DNA of 63,776 nt from the NCBI RefSeq assembly GCF_000002075.1, contig NW_004797628.1:116157-179932 (forward strand), read 5' to 3'. This document shows, in pieces, positions 34,401 to 46,206 of this stretch (the stretch's first letter is position 1; each line of letters begins with the position of its first letter). The notes below the pieces were generated by a model. The model was not told the origin of the DNA. It did not search any database and saw only the letters and a list, made by a program, of their open reading frames with translations. The translations under genes were made by a program, and so were the position numbers. Source of the DNA: Aplysia californica (taxonomy: Eukaryota).

Positions 34401-36344
34401 CTAGCTGATGTACCTTTCTCGGCTGATGTCGCTTCTGTTGACTATTGTGAGGCCGAAATGCAGGTTTTGGGTTTTGGGTTTGGTTTGCCTTTGGGTTTGG
34501 ATAACCTGCAAACTGACTGAATGTGTCCACTTTTGTGACACATGTTACACTTTGCCTCGCGAAAGTAGCAGTCAGATCTTGCAGGATTTGTTTTCCAACA
34601 AGGTTGACATGGGGGATACTTCCGTGTTGGTTTGTAGTTTTGAACTGCATGCACATGTGTCGATGTGCTGGATCCTGCTGAGGACGTGGGCAGCTCGTTT
34701 GCATCCCGACTGGCCATTTCAAGAGCAACCGCTTTGTCATATGCTGTCTTGAAAGTAAGGTTTTCTTCTAGGAGAAGGCGTTTTTGAATTGTTGTGTCCC
34801 GTAGACCACAGACAAGCCTGTGTCACAATGACTGATCCAGATGATCGCCGAAGTTACAATGTTCGCTGAGCCTTTTTATTTCTACTGTGTAGATGACAAC
34901 GTCATAAAAAGGAGTCAAATCCTAGGAGTTTTGACAAGAAACTGAGAAAGCTTCCACAATTCAGGCAGAATTACAATATTATCATGTAGAAACGATGGCT
35001 ACTAGATTTAGAATACAGATCTAGATTCTAGCACTGGCGTATCATTCAAAAAGCAAGGGAGCTATTCAGAACGCGGCTTTTCAAATAGCGCGGGAGCTAT
35101 TCTGAATGCGGCGTTGCAAATATAAGCGCCTCGATTCCTAAAAAAAAAATTTCTAGCTTCGAGGAATTTACCCATACCCACGAATCTTTGCATGGCACTT
35201 CTGCAGGCCTTTCAAAAATCTGAACCCAGTAAGAGAAAACAAGTTTTTCTCATTGGGTCTTAGATCTGTCTATATAAAAAACGCCCTTTGGATGCATACA
35301 CAGGATCATTAAAATAAATACAGTGTCTTATAACGAGTCCTGAAACAACGAGAAGTCTGCTATAAAGACACTATTCTAAAACTCTATTTTTTCCCTTCTT
35401 TATCTTTGTAAATAAAATACTGCTATTGCGCAATCAGACAGTCACGCGAGTCGGTTTTAGCGGAATAATCCTGCTGCTGTGCACAGCACACAGACCAATT
35501 AAACATAACACCTCCCCAGCTGAGAAAGTTGTTGGTGATCCAGCGAAACAAAGAACGGGACACCCCACGCGAACCAACAATGAAGGCCGTAGGCCTAGCA
35601 CAGAATTCTACAATCCCAAACTGTCTCTGGTAGGCAACATGACAAGATGAAACCTCAGACGGAACCCCCCCCCNNNNNNNNNNNNNNNNNNNNNNNNNNN
35701 NNNNNNNNNNNNNNNNNNNNNNNNNNNNNNNNNNNNNNNNNNNNNNNNNNNNNNNNNNNNNNNNNNNNNNNNNGCTGAGCCTTTTTATTTCTACTGTGTA
35801 GGCCTGAATTGACTAATTTTCTCTCTGGTTGCGGTTATGAAACCTGAATCTTTCTGCAATTTCTAGGGGTTGCGGGGAAAGATGTGCATTCAAGATCATT
35901 CTCAATTGAGCATATGTCTTTGTAGAAGGCATATCAGGCGCCGTGAGGGATCGTAGTAACTGATAGGTCTTGGGTCCGATACAAGCGAGCAAAGTCGCAG
36001 CCCTCTTTGCTTCTGCATCATCATAAAATTGCAATGAAGTACATGTATTGCTCTAACCGTTCAGAGTAGTTCTGAAAAGTCTCCGTTGCGCTGTCGAACG
36101 CGTCAATCTTCATCGAAGGCATACTTAGATAAAATTAGCCTACCTCGTCGCCAGTTGTGGTGTATTAAGTCTTAAGTTCACTGAGATGAGAGAATGAGTT
36201 AAGAAGGCGAAGGCTGTGATCAGTTTTGTGTTTATTCTTGTGCAGTCGTACAATAGTAGTCAGGTAACATTTGCGTTTTTAGCGGCTTTTCGGACCGCAA
36301 CATGTCAGAGTGGACTATTGGGGCCAAAATTAGATTACATCACA
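31408..36344 (-). mobile_element. Gypsy (Mag-clade) LTR retrotransposon relic, copy B (3' LTR 31408-31600, 5' LTR 36156-36344; broken at 34891-35773)
   Basis: PBS TGGCGACGAGG (36153-36143); gag (KIDAFDSATETFQNYSERLEQY, AERFRFHNRNQ, CNMCHKSGHIQSVC); protease LDTGSS; RT 32865-33977; integrase; TSD GAAGT at 31403-07 and 36345-49; several stops and frameshifts. Confidence 0.92.
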
Positions 36345-36416
36345 GAAGTGGCTATTTGCAACGCCGCTTTGCGATTAGCGCCAGTGCTAAATAAAACCCC
36401 GTGTGCCTAGGCTATA

Positions 36417-37325
36417 GGTAGAATGGGTAGTGTCTACGTTCTCTAACGTTAGAGGACGTACACCAGCTGCCTACGTTCTCTAATGCTCAGTGCTTCCAAG
36501 CGCGTGGCATCGAATCCCGGTCCCGGAAAATTGGGGGGGGGGGGGAGGTGGGGGGGGGGTTGTTGTTTTTTCCCCTCTCCTTCTCCTTACTGCCCCCAGA
36601 CCCCCAAACAGGACGAATAATAATTGGCAGGAGGAACAATTGGCAGGGGTCTGGGGGCCGCAGGAGGGTCCTGGATAAAGAAAATGTGTAATTGAAGAAC
36701 TAAGATTTGGCCTCTCTGATTCTAAAATAAATTAAAAAAATTAGACTCAAAGACCAAGGAAAGCCACTGTTGAAAATGTACTTTAACCTGACATAAATTG
36801 GTAAAAGGAAAAGAAGGCCTACACTTAGTAGATAAAATCTCCTCTTGGGGACAAAACCAGAATTTGCATGCTTCATCACTACATAAGAAATTAAAAGGTA
36901 ACAAATTATAACTATGGGGAAAATTGTTGGTCGGTGAGGAGGAAGAGAAGAAGAAGAAACAAAAACAAACAAAAAACCCCCCGTCAGGACCGGGCTTCGA
37001 ACCCACACTCATACACTTCAAGCGCAGACACGCTGACCATTCGGCTATCAGATCATCCAACGATTATAAGGCATAATATATTATTATACAGCACTGTTTA
37101 AGGAAAGGCAACAACATAGATCAAGATGTTGACATCTAGTTTTCTCTACTTCTACAACAAAGAAAGTGAGAAGGTCGGGAAAATGTGGATGATGGGAGGG
37201 GGGATCGGCAGATGAGGTCTGGGAGGAAACTATTTAAAAAATGGCGGAAAATTGGAAGCACTGAACGTTAGAGAACGTAGACAGCTTGTATACATTCTCT
37301 AACGTTAGAGAACGTAGACACTTCC
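36417..37325. mobile_element. MULE/Mutator-like non-autonomous element (second copy 42443-43302)
   Basis: 9-bp direct repeat TAGGCTATA on both sides (36408-16, 37326-34); TIR ggtagtgtctacgttctctaacgttagag / ctctaacgttagagaacgtagacacttcc. Confidence 0.7.
36983..37058 (-). other. tRNA-like Pol III cassette inside the MULE-like element
   Basis: A box TAGCCGAATGG, B box GGTTCGAAGCC, downstream T run; acceptor stem does not pair well. Confidence 0.5.
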
Positions 37326-37344
37326 TAGGCTATATGAAGTTTAT

Positions 37345-37850
37345 CTACCTTTCGTTTTTGGAAGTTCTGATGGCTGAAAGTACAGCGCCTCTGCGTTTGA
37401 AACAAAACCATTATTTTATGAGCCTGGGTTTGATCCTGGTTCTGGAAGTTTTTTTTTTTGGTCCTCTTCTCGACTGACCAACAAATTTTCCCTTAGATCT
37501 AATTATAACTTGTTGCTTTGTAGTTTTTTTAATGTAGTGATGGAGCGTATACATTCTGGTTTTGTCCCCAAGAGGAGCTCTGTCTTAGTAGGCCTATAGC
37601 CTATAGATCTACTTTTCCTTTAACCAATTAATTAGGCCTGGTTAAAGTTCAATACATGTAACAGCTTTCCTTGGTCTGTGAGTCTAATTATGTTTTTTTA
37701 AATTTTAGGCTCAGGAGAAGAAAAAAAAAACAAACCCTTCCGGGACCGGGATTCGATGCCGCGCTTAGAAGCACTGAACATTAATCTAGACTAAGTCCTA
37801 GCGAACGTAGACAGCTTGTATACAATGTACATGTATACGTTCTCTAGGCA
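37345..37850. mobile_element. Older partial, inverted relative of the MULE-like element
   Basis: 37552-37688 and 37738-37846 are diverged reverse complements of 36740-36863 and 36440-36530; 37360-37450 mirrors the tRNA-like cassette. Confidence 0.65.
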
Positions 37851-38809
37851 GGCCTAACTTAAAGATAATATTTTTAGGTAGATCTATTGTATAACAACAC
37901 TGCAGACAGGAAATACTGCCTATACCGAGTTGCACCGTCTTGTTATTAAATTGTTATCCAAGCGTCTTTCGACTTACTTGCCCAAACTCCAAACTCAAAT
38001 GATTATTGAGAGACGAACAAGACTACGTCTAGAATCTAGTTTACTTTTGTGCAAACAATGTCAGAAACAATTGTTAGATCTAATTGAGATCTAGATTCTA
38101 GGTCTACCCAATATTGATCGGAATAGGACAACGTCATAAAAAGGAGTCAAACCCTAGGAGGTTTATCAAGAAACTGAGAAAGCTTCCACAATTCAGGCAG
38201 AACTACAATATTATCATGTAGAAACGACCAGCTGCACAGTAAAGATTTTTCAACCTCATGCTGTATTTGGTTGTTCTTTCTGGTTGGTACACTTCTTCGT
38301 TTTCTGATTAACTGTTGTTGTTTTTTTTTCTCTCTTTTTCTTCTGATTTAAAATAAAATATTTGGTAAGTGTTTTACACGCTTGCAATTGCATAAGGTCA
38401 TATGAGAGCACAGGACTCGTTAAACAATTTCATTTGGTAGAAAATTTTGAATTTTGCCGGGTTGGCGGCCAAAGCCTATTCTTATCGATTTTGAACTGCC
38501 AAGGGATCTTTAATGTACTCAACTTTCACTCGAGACCTTCGAGATTTTTCGCCCTTATCCGAGAAGGTCAGGAGTTGGATCTTACCATCCATAAGATCAG
38601 GGGTGTGGCTAAAAGACAGCAGTAAGAAGGAATCAAGGAATAGCAGTAGAAATTTAAGGCTGCAGAAAGAGTCAGGAGCCAAGAGGAAGGGGCAAACGAA
38701 CGAGGTGAGGGGGTGGGGCAGAAAGAGCGAGACGAAATCAGACGACATAACATTGTTAGAGAGCAGGAAAGGAGGTGAAAGGAGAGCATTTTAGAGACAA
38801 ATATTTTCC

Positions 38810-38883
38810 GTCGCCATCCAGATTCGAACCGGGGACCTATGGAATGAGAGGAAAACACCCTAACTTCTGGACTACGAGAGCCC
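38810..38883 (-). pseudogene. Degenerate tRNA-like sequence (Glu-CTC-like); second copy ~44839-44912
   Basis: tcgtagtccagaagttagg...tCTCa...ccccggttcgaatctgg; B box intact, stems imperfect. Confidence 0.45.
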
Positions 38884-39189
38884 TCCGATGATGATCTGTT
38901 TGCGCTGTATGTTTGGCTACTTCTGGTGTTGGTTTTATTCATTGTCACGTGACCTTCAAATGATCATTAGGGTGGGTTTTTACTGTTTTGTTCTTCGCTT
39001 TACTACACTTCCTCATAGGTTACCCTGTCTATCCATCTGATCCCGAGCAACCTTTTTAGACATTTAATTTTGTTCCAAAAAGTTGGGGAAAATATCCTGT
39101 GCCCTCTAATAGATGTAGTTACCTTTATAACCAATAGATTATGTGTACCACGTGTATCAAACCTTTATCTTAAACAGATTTAATTTTTT

Positions 39190-39209
39190 TGGTGGCCCTT
39201 AAAAGGGCC
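39190..39209 (-). promoter_or_regulatory. Histone 3' stem-loop, copy 3
   Basis: Identical motif; purine-rich AAGATAAAGG ~22 nt downstream of the stem. Confidence 0.8.
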
Positions 39210-39406
39210 TAGTAAAAAAATGTTAAGATTGTTTTTTCTTGCTGAAACAGGTTTCCATTTTCCTTCCAGGAGAAGCACGGGTCGATCTTGTGGTCGTGGG
39301 CGGAAAAGAAAGAGAATGACGTTCTGCAACAAAAAATCTATCAGGATAAGATACTATTGAAGACCACTCGACGCAGGCTTCAGCTTTCAGGATCGTTTCA
39401 CCTGCT

Positions 39407-40177
39407 TCACACCGCTGCGCCCTCGGCGCTCTCCATGGATGTGAAGAGCGCCACTACGGCGGCCAGTACTTGTGCCTCAATATCTTCTTCTTGCGGCGGG
39501 TAGTCGGCCGATGATTCAGAAAGAGACGAGTCAACACAAGGAAACATCTCCTCGATTTCCTCCTCCGTAGGGGTTGGCATTAAATGGAAAATTCGAGGGT
39601 CCCATACATGGAGCATTCTGATTTTATCGTGCTCCTCTTCCTGTATGGGAGAAACAGTGAATTGTTCTGACCTCAAAGATATTATTTCGAGGTCTTCTTC
39701 ACTGTCAGCCCAGCTGGTGCCGCCATAGGACAAGTCTACGAAACCACGCGGTGTCAATGGAATGACAGGCGTGTATGTTGTTTCGAAGACTACGGCGGCC
39801 GGTTCAGCTGTAGGCGAGGCCTCTTTGTAAGCATTGCCACTGGTCTCTTCCACTTGCAGAGACCTACTTCCGGAGTGGCAAGCATTTTGATCCAAGGCCT
39901 CTGTCGAATTTTGACTTTTCTTTCTTTTTTTTTCTGTAGCGGCCATCTTGCCCCCAAAGCAAGACATCAAAAGTTGTTGGACCTTTTTCAGCACCGGCAT
40001 CTTGAGAGTCAGCAGGGAACCCGAGTGAAAGGCGTCGCAATCAAATGTTGTGAAAGTACGGACCTCCGGGAGTACGAGAGCCATCCTGCCAGATGACGCA
40101 ATGCGCTCACGGTGGTGCAGTGAACGCGAGAGTAAATAATATTGTATAACTATGGCGTGTTCACTTTCGTCATACAT
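39407..40177 (-). CDS. Uncharacterised acidic protein, array copy 3
   Basis: Same ORF; two amino-acid differences from copies 1 and 2, both upstream of MSCFGG/MAATEK. Confidence 0.6.
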   Translation of the reverse strand: MYDESEHAIVIQYYLLSRSLHHRERIASSGRMALVLPEVRTFTTFDCDAFHSGSLLTLKMPVLKKVQQLLMSCFGGKMAATEKKRKKSQNSTEALDQNACHSGSRSLQVEETSGNAYKEASPTAEPAAVVFETTYTPVIPLTPRGFVDLSYGGTSWADSEEDLEIISLRSEQFTVSPIQEEEHDKIRMLHVWDPRIFHLMPTPTEEEIEEMFPCVDSSLSESSADYPPQEEDIEAQVLAAVVALFTSMESAEGAAV

Positions 40178-40289
40178 GTACCGTGTTTANNNNNNNNNNN
40201 NNNNNNNNNNNNNNNNNNNNNNNNNNNNNNNNNNNNNNNNNNNNNNNNNNNNNNNNNNNNNNNNNNNNNNNNNNNNNNNNNNNNNNNNN

Positions 40290-42370
40290 GCCTTTTTATT
40301 ACTTCTGCAAGATTTTCCAGGTGCTTCTTATCGTTTTCGCCTGTGATGATCATGTCGTCCTGGTTGCACTGGACACCTTCTGCACCTTGGAGTACATGTA
40401 TTTGGTCAATTGTGCGTTGCCAGATAGCAGGCGATGACGTGATGCCAAAGACCAAACGGTTGAAAACATATAGTCCTTTGTGCGTGTTAATGGTGGTGAG
40501 AGGTCTGGATGACTCATCAAAGGGAGGCTGAAGATAGGCCTGGCAAAGACGCGAGAATTTTTCTCCTGCTCCTGGTTGGGCGAAGAGATCTTCCATCCTT
40601 GGGAGGGTGTATTGTTCTGCCTCAAGGACTGGGTTGATTGTGATTTTGAAATCACCGCAGATACGTACATCCCCAGAGCGTTTGAGAACTGGAACTATTG
40701 GATTTGCCCACTCGGAATGGGTGGTCTTTGTCAGAATCCCAGCTGATTCCAGTTTTTCCAGTTCTTTCTCGACCTTCTTTGTGAGAGCGTAGGGCACGGG
40801 TCTCGCCTTCAGGAACTTTGGTGGGGCCTGGTGTTGGATAGTGAGTCTTGCTTGGTGGCTTTTTGCTGTTCCCATCCCTTCAGTGAAGACCTCTTTGTGC
40901 GTGGTCAGCAACTCTTGCTATTCGGTTTGCGAATCTTGAGAAGTAAAGGCAGGAATTAATGCTTGCTGAATCTGTTTAAGAGCATGCCACTAAAGCTGGA
41001 ACTTTTGCAGCCAGTTTCGTCCAAATAATGGATTGCTGCCTTTTTGAAGAATGCACAAGGGCAGCTTCTTCTCGACATTATCCATTTTTACCAGCACCTC
41101 AGCAACTCCCAGCGGCCGCACTTGCTCCCCTGTGTAAGTTTAAAGTACAGTGTTGCAGGTATGAAGTGTCGAACAATTTGCAGAAGTCCTGCATGGACAT
41201 GATGCTCAGACTGGAGCCAGTGTCCAATTCCATGGGGATTTGCTTTGCTTTGACGAAGGGGTGGATCCAAATTTTACTGGGCGAGCCATTGTACTGGTGA
41301 ATGCTGAAGAAGTCCACTGTTTCAGTGTCTTCGTCTAGCTGATGTACCTTTCTCGGCTGATGTCGCTTCTGTTGACTATTGTGAGGTCGAAATGCAGGTT
41401 TTGGGTTTTGGGTTTGGTTTGCCTTTGGGTTTGGATAACCTGCAAACTGACTGAATGTGTCCACTTTTGTGACACATGTTACACTTTGCCTCGCGAAAGT
41501 AGCAGTCAGATCTTGCAGGATTTGTTTTCCAACAAGGTTGACATGGGGGATACTTCCGTGTTGGTTTGTAGTTTTGAACTGCATGCACATGTGTCGATGT
41601 GCTGGATCCTGCTGAGGACGTGGGTAGCTCGTTTGCATCCCGACTGGCCATTTCAAGAGCAACCGCTTTGTCATATGCTGTCTTGAAAGTAAGGTTTTCT
41701 TCTAGGAGAAGGCGTTTTTGAATTGTTGTGTCCCGTAGACCACAGACAAGCCTGTGTCACAATGACTGATCCAGATGATCGCCGAAGTTACAATGTTCGC
41801 TGAGCCTTTTTATTTCTACTGTGTAGGCCTGAATTGACAAATTTTCTCTCTGGTTGCGGTTATGAAACCTGAATCTTTCTGCAATTTCTAGGGGTTGCGG
41901 GGAAAGATGTGCATTCAAGATCATTCTCAATTGAGCATATGTCTTTGTAGAAGGCATATCAGGCGGCGTGAGGGATCGTAGTAACTGATAGGTCTTGGGT
42001 CCGATACAAGCGAGCAAAGTCGCAGCCCTCTTTGCTTCTGCAACATCATAAAACTGCAATGAAGTACATGTATTGGTCTAACCGTTCAGAGTAGTTCTGA
42101 AAAGTCTCCGTTGCGCTGTCGAACGCGTCAATCTTCATCGAAGGCATACTTAGATAAAATGAGCCTACCTCGTCGCCAGTTGTGGTGTATTAAGTCTTAA
42201 GTTCACTGAGATGAGAGAATGAGTTAAGAAGGCGAAGGCTGTGATCAGTTTTGTGTTTATTCTGGTGCAGTCGTACAATAGTAGTCAGGTAACATTTGCG
42301 TTTTTAGCGGCTTTTCGGACCGCACCATGTCAGAGTGGACTATTGGGGCCAAAAATTAGATTACATCACA
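40290..42370 (-). mobile_element. Gypsy (Mag-clade) relic, 5' part, copy C (5' LTR 42181-42370)
   Basis: RT N-terminal half, protease, contiguous gag region, PBS, LTR, TSD GAAGT at 42371-75. Confidence 0.92.
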
Positions 42371-45218
42371 GAAGTGGCTATTTGCAACGCCGCGTTGCGA
42401 TTAGCGCCAGTGCTAAATAAAACCCCGTGTGCCTAGGCTATAGGTAGAATGGGTAGTGTCTACGTTCTCTAACGTTAGAGGACGTGCACAAGCTGCCTAC
42501 GTTCTCTAATGCTCAGTGCTTCCAAGCGCGTGGCATCGAATCCCGATCCCGGAAACTTGGGGGGGGGGGGGGACCCCCAACCAGGACGAATAATAATTGG
42601 CAGGAGGAACAATTGGCAGGAGTCTGGGGGCCGCAGGAGGGTCCTGGATAAAGAAAATGTGTAATTGAAGAACTAAGATTTGGACTCTCTGATTCTAAAA
42701 TAAATTTAAAAAATTAGACTCAAAGACCAAGGAAAGCCACTGTTGAAAATGTACTTTAACCAGGCATAAATTGGTAAATGGAAAAGAAGGCCTACACTTA
42801 GTAGATAAAATCTCCTCTTGGGGACAAAACCAGAATTTGCATGCTTCATCACTGCATAAGAAATTAAAAGGTAACAAATTATAACTATGGGGAAAACTGT
42901 TGGTCAGTGGGGAGGAGGAGAAGAAGAAGAAGAAAACAAACAACCCCCCCCCTCCCCCGTCAGGACCGGGCTTCGAACCCACACTCATACACTTCAAGCG
43001 CAGACACGCTGACCACTCGGCTATCAGATCATCCAACGATTATAAGGCATAATATATTATTATACAGCACTGTTTAAGGAAAGGCAACAACATAGATCAA
43101 GATGTTGACATCTAGTTTTCTCTACTTCTACAACAAAGAAAGTGAGAAGGTCGGAAAAATGTGGATGATGGGAGGGGAGGATCGGCAGATGAGGTCTGGG
43201 GGGAAACTATTTAAAAAATGGCGGAAAATTGGAAGCACTGAACGTTAGAGAATGTAGACAGCTTGTATACATTCTTTAACGTTAGAGAACGTAGACACTT
43301 CCTAGGCTATATGAAGTTTATCTACCTTTCGTTTTTGGAAGTTCTGATGGCTGAAAGTACAGCGCCTCTGCGCTTGAAACAAAACCATTATTTTATGAGC
43401 CTGGGTTCGATCCTGGTTCTGGAAGTCTTTTTTTTTTGTCCTCTTCTCGACTGACCAACAAATTTTCCCGTAGATCTAATTATAACTTGTTGCTTTGTAG
43501 TTTTTTTATGTAGTGATGGAGCGTATACATTCTGGTTTTGTCCACAAGAGGAGCTCTGTCTTAGTAGGCCTATAGCCTATAGATCTACTTTTCCTTTAAC
43601 CAATTAATTAGGCCTGGTTAAAGTTCAATACATGTAACAGCTTTCCTTGGTCTGTGAGTCTAATTATGTTTTTTTAAATTTTAGGCTCAGGAGAAGAAAA
43701 AAAAAAACCCTTCCGGGACCGGGATTCGATGCCGCGCTTAGAAGCACTGAACATTAATCTAGACTTAGTCCTAGCGAACGTAGACAGCTTGTATACAATG
43801 TACATGTATACGTTCTCTAGGCCTAACTTAAAGATAATATTTTTAGGTAGATCTATTGTATAACAACACTGCGGACAGGAAATACTGCCGCCTATACCGA
43901 GTTGCACCGTCTTGTTATTAAATTGTTATCCAAGCGTCTTTCGACTTACTTGCCCAAACTCCAAACTCAAATGATTATGATTATGAGAGACGAACAAGAC
44001 TACGTCTAGAATCTAGTCTACTTTTGTGCAAACAATGTCAGAAACAATTGTTAGATCTAATGGAGATCTAGATTCTAGGTCTACCCAATATTGATCGGAA
44101 TAGGACAACGTCATAAAAAGAAGTCAAACCCTAGGAGGTTTATCAAGAAACTGAGAAAGCTTCCACAATTCAGGCAGAACTACAATATTATCATGTAGAA
44201 ACGACCAGCTGCACAGTAAAAATTTTTCAACCTCATGCTGTTCCCTTCGTTTTCTTTTGAACTCGGATTGTTTTGTGTGGAGTTTTCAACCCATTTGGTT
44301 GTTCTTTCTGGTTGGTACACTTCTTCGTTTTCTGATTAACTGTTGTTGTTTTTTCTTTCTCTCTTTTTCTTCTGATTTAAAATAAAATATTTGGTAAGTG
44401 TTTTACACGCTTGCAATTGCATAAGGTCATATGAGAGCACAGGACACGTTAAACAATTTCATTTGGTAGAAAATTTTGAATTTTGCCGGGTTGGCGGCCG
44501 AAGCCTATTCTTATCGATTTTGAACTGCCAAGGGATCTTTAATGTACTCAACTTTCACTCGAGACCTCCGAGATTTTTCGCCCTTATCCGAGAAGGTCAG
44601 GAGTTGGATCTTACCATCCATAAGATCAGGGGTGTGGCTAAAAGACAGCAGTAAGAAGGAATCAAGGAATAGCAGTAGAAATTTAAGGCTGCAGAAAGAG
44701 TCAGGAGCCAAGAGGAAGGGGCAAACGAACGAGGTGAGGGGGTGGGGCAGAAAGAGCGAGACGAAATCAGACGACATAACATTGTTAGAGAGCAGGAAAG
44801 GAGGTGAAAGGAGAGCATTTTAGAGACAAATATTTTCCGTCGCCATCCAGATTCGAACCGGGGACCTATGGAATGAGAGGAAAACACCCTAACTTCTGGA
44901 CTACGAGAGCCCTCCGATGATGATCTGTTTGCACTGTATGTTTGGCTACTTCTGGTGTTGGTTTTATTCATTGTCACGTGACCTTCAAATGATCATTAGG
45001 GTGGGTTTTTACTGTTTTGTTCTTCGCTTTACTACACTTCCTCATAGGTTACCCTGTCTATCCATCTGATCCCGAGCAACCTTTTTAGACATTTAATTTT
45101 GTTCCAAAAAGTTGGGGAAAATATCCTGTGCCCTCTAATAGATGTAGTTACCTTTATAACCAATAGATTATGTGTACCACGTGTATCAAACCTTTATCTT
45201 ACACAGATTTAATTTTTT

Positions 45219-45238
45219 TGGTGGCCCTTAAAAGGGCC
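45219..45238 (-). promoter_or_regulatory. Histone 3' stem-loop, copy 4
   Basis: Identical motif; AAGATAAAGG at 45200-45191. Confidence 0.8.
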
Positions 45239-45435
45239 TAGTAAAAAAATGTTAAGATTGTTTTTTCTTGCTGAAACAGGTTTCCATTTTCCTTCCAGGA
45301 GAAGCACGGGTCGATCTTGTGGTCGTGGGCGGAAAAGAAAGAGAATGACGTTCTGCAACAAAAAATCTATCAGGATAAGATACTATTGAAGACCACTCGA
45401 CGCAGGCTTCAGCTTTCAGGATCGTTTCACCTGCT

Positions 45436-46206
45436 TCACACCGCTGCGCCCTCGGCGCTCTCCATGGATGTGAAGAGCGCCACTACGGCGGCCAGTACTT
45501 GTGCCTCAATATCTTCTTCTTGCGGCGGGTAGTCGGCCGATGATTCAGAAAGAGACGAGTCAACACAAGGAAACATCTCCTCGATTTCCTCCTCCGTAGG
45601 GGTTGGCATTAAATGGAAAATTCGAGGGTCCCATACATGGAGCATTCTGATTTTATCGTGCTCCTCTTCCTGTATGGGAGAAACAGTGAATTGTTCTGAC
45701 CTCAAAGATATTATTTCGAGGTCTTCTTCACTGTCAGCCCAGCTGGTGCCGCCATAGGACAAGTCTACGAAACCACGCGGTGTCAATGGAATGACAGGCG
45801 TGTATGTTGTTTCGAAGACTACGGCGGCCGGTTCAGCTGTAGGCGAGGCCTCTTTGTAAGCATTGCCACTGGTCTCTTCCACTTGCAGAGACCTACTTCC
45901 GGAGTGGCAAGCATTTTGATCCAAGGCCTCTGTCGAATTTTGACTTTTCTTTCTTTTTTTTTCTGTAGCGGCCATCTTGCCCCCAAAGCAAGACATCAAA
46001 AGTTGTTGGACCTTTTTCAGCACCGGCATCTTGAGAGTCAGCAGGGAACCCGAGTGAAAGGCGTCGCAATCAAATGTTGTGAAAGTACGGACCTCCGGGA
46101 GTACGAGAGCCATCCTGCCAGATGACGCAATGCGCTCACGGTGGTGCAGTGAACGCGAGAGTAAATAATATTGTATAACTATGGCGTGTTCACTTTCGTC
46201 ATACAT
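45436..46206 (-). CDS. Uncharacterised acidic protein, array copy 4
   Basis: Same as copy 3; followed by GAAGT and the start of an LTR (46234-46255) before the gap. Confidence 0.6.
   Translation of the reverse strand: MYDESEHAIVIQYYLLSRSLHHRERIASSGRMALVLPEVRTFTTFDCDAFHSGSLLTLKMPVLKKVQQLLMSCFGGKMAATEKKRKKSQNSTEALDQNACHSGSRSLQVEETSGNAYKEASPTAEPAAVVFETTYTPVIPLTPRGFVDLSYGGTSWADSEEDLEIISLRSEQFTVSPIQEEEHDKIRMLHVWDPRIFHLMPTPTEEEIEEMFPCVDSSLSESSADYPPQEEDIEAQVLAAVVALFTSMESAEGAAV

Noticed and set aside
36983-38883. Functional tRNA genes
   Set aside because: A/B boxes are present but acceptor and anticodon stems pair poorly; treated as tRNA-like relics.
38362-38948. Short ORFs in the array spacer (87-126 aa; also 44391-44977)
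   Set aside because: Overlapping, low complexity, no motifs; repetition is explained by recent duplication.
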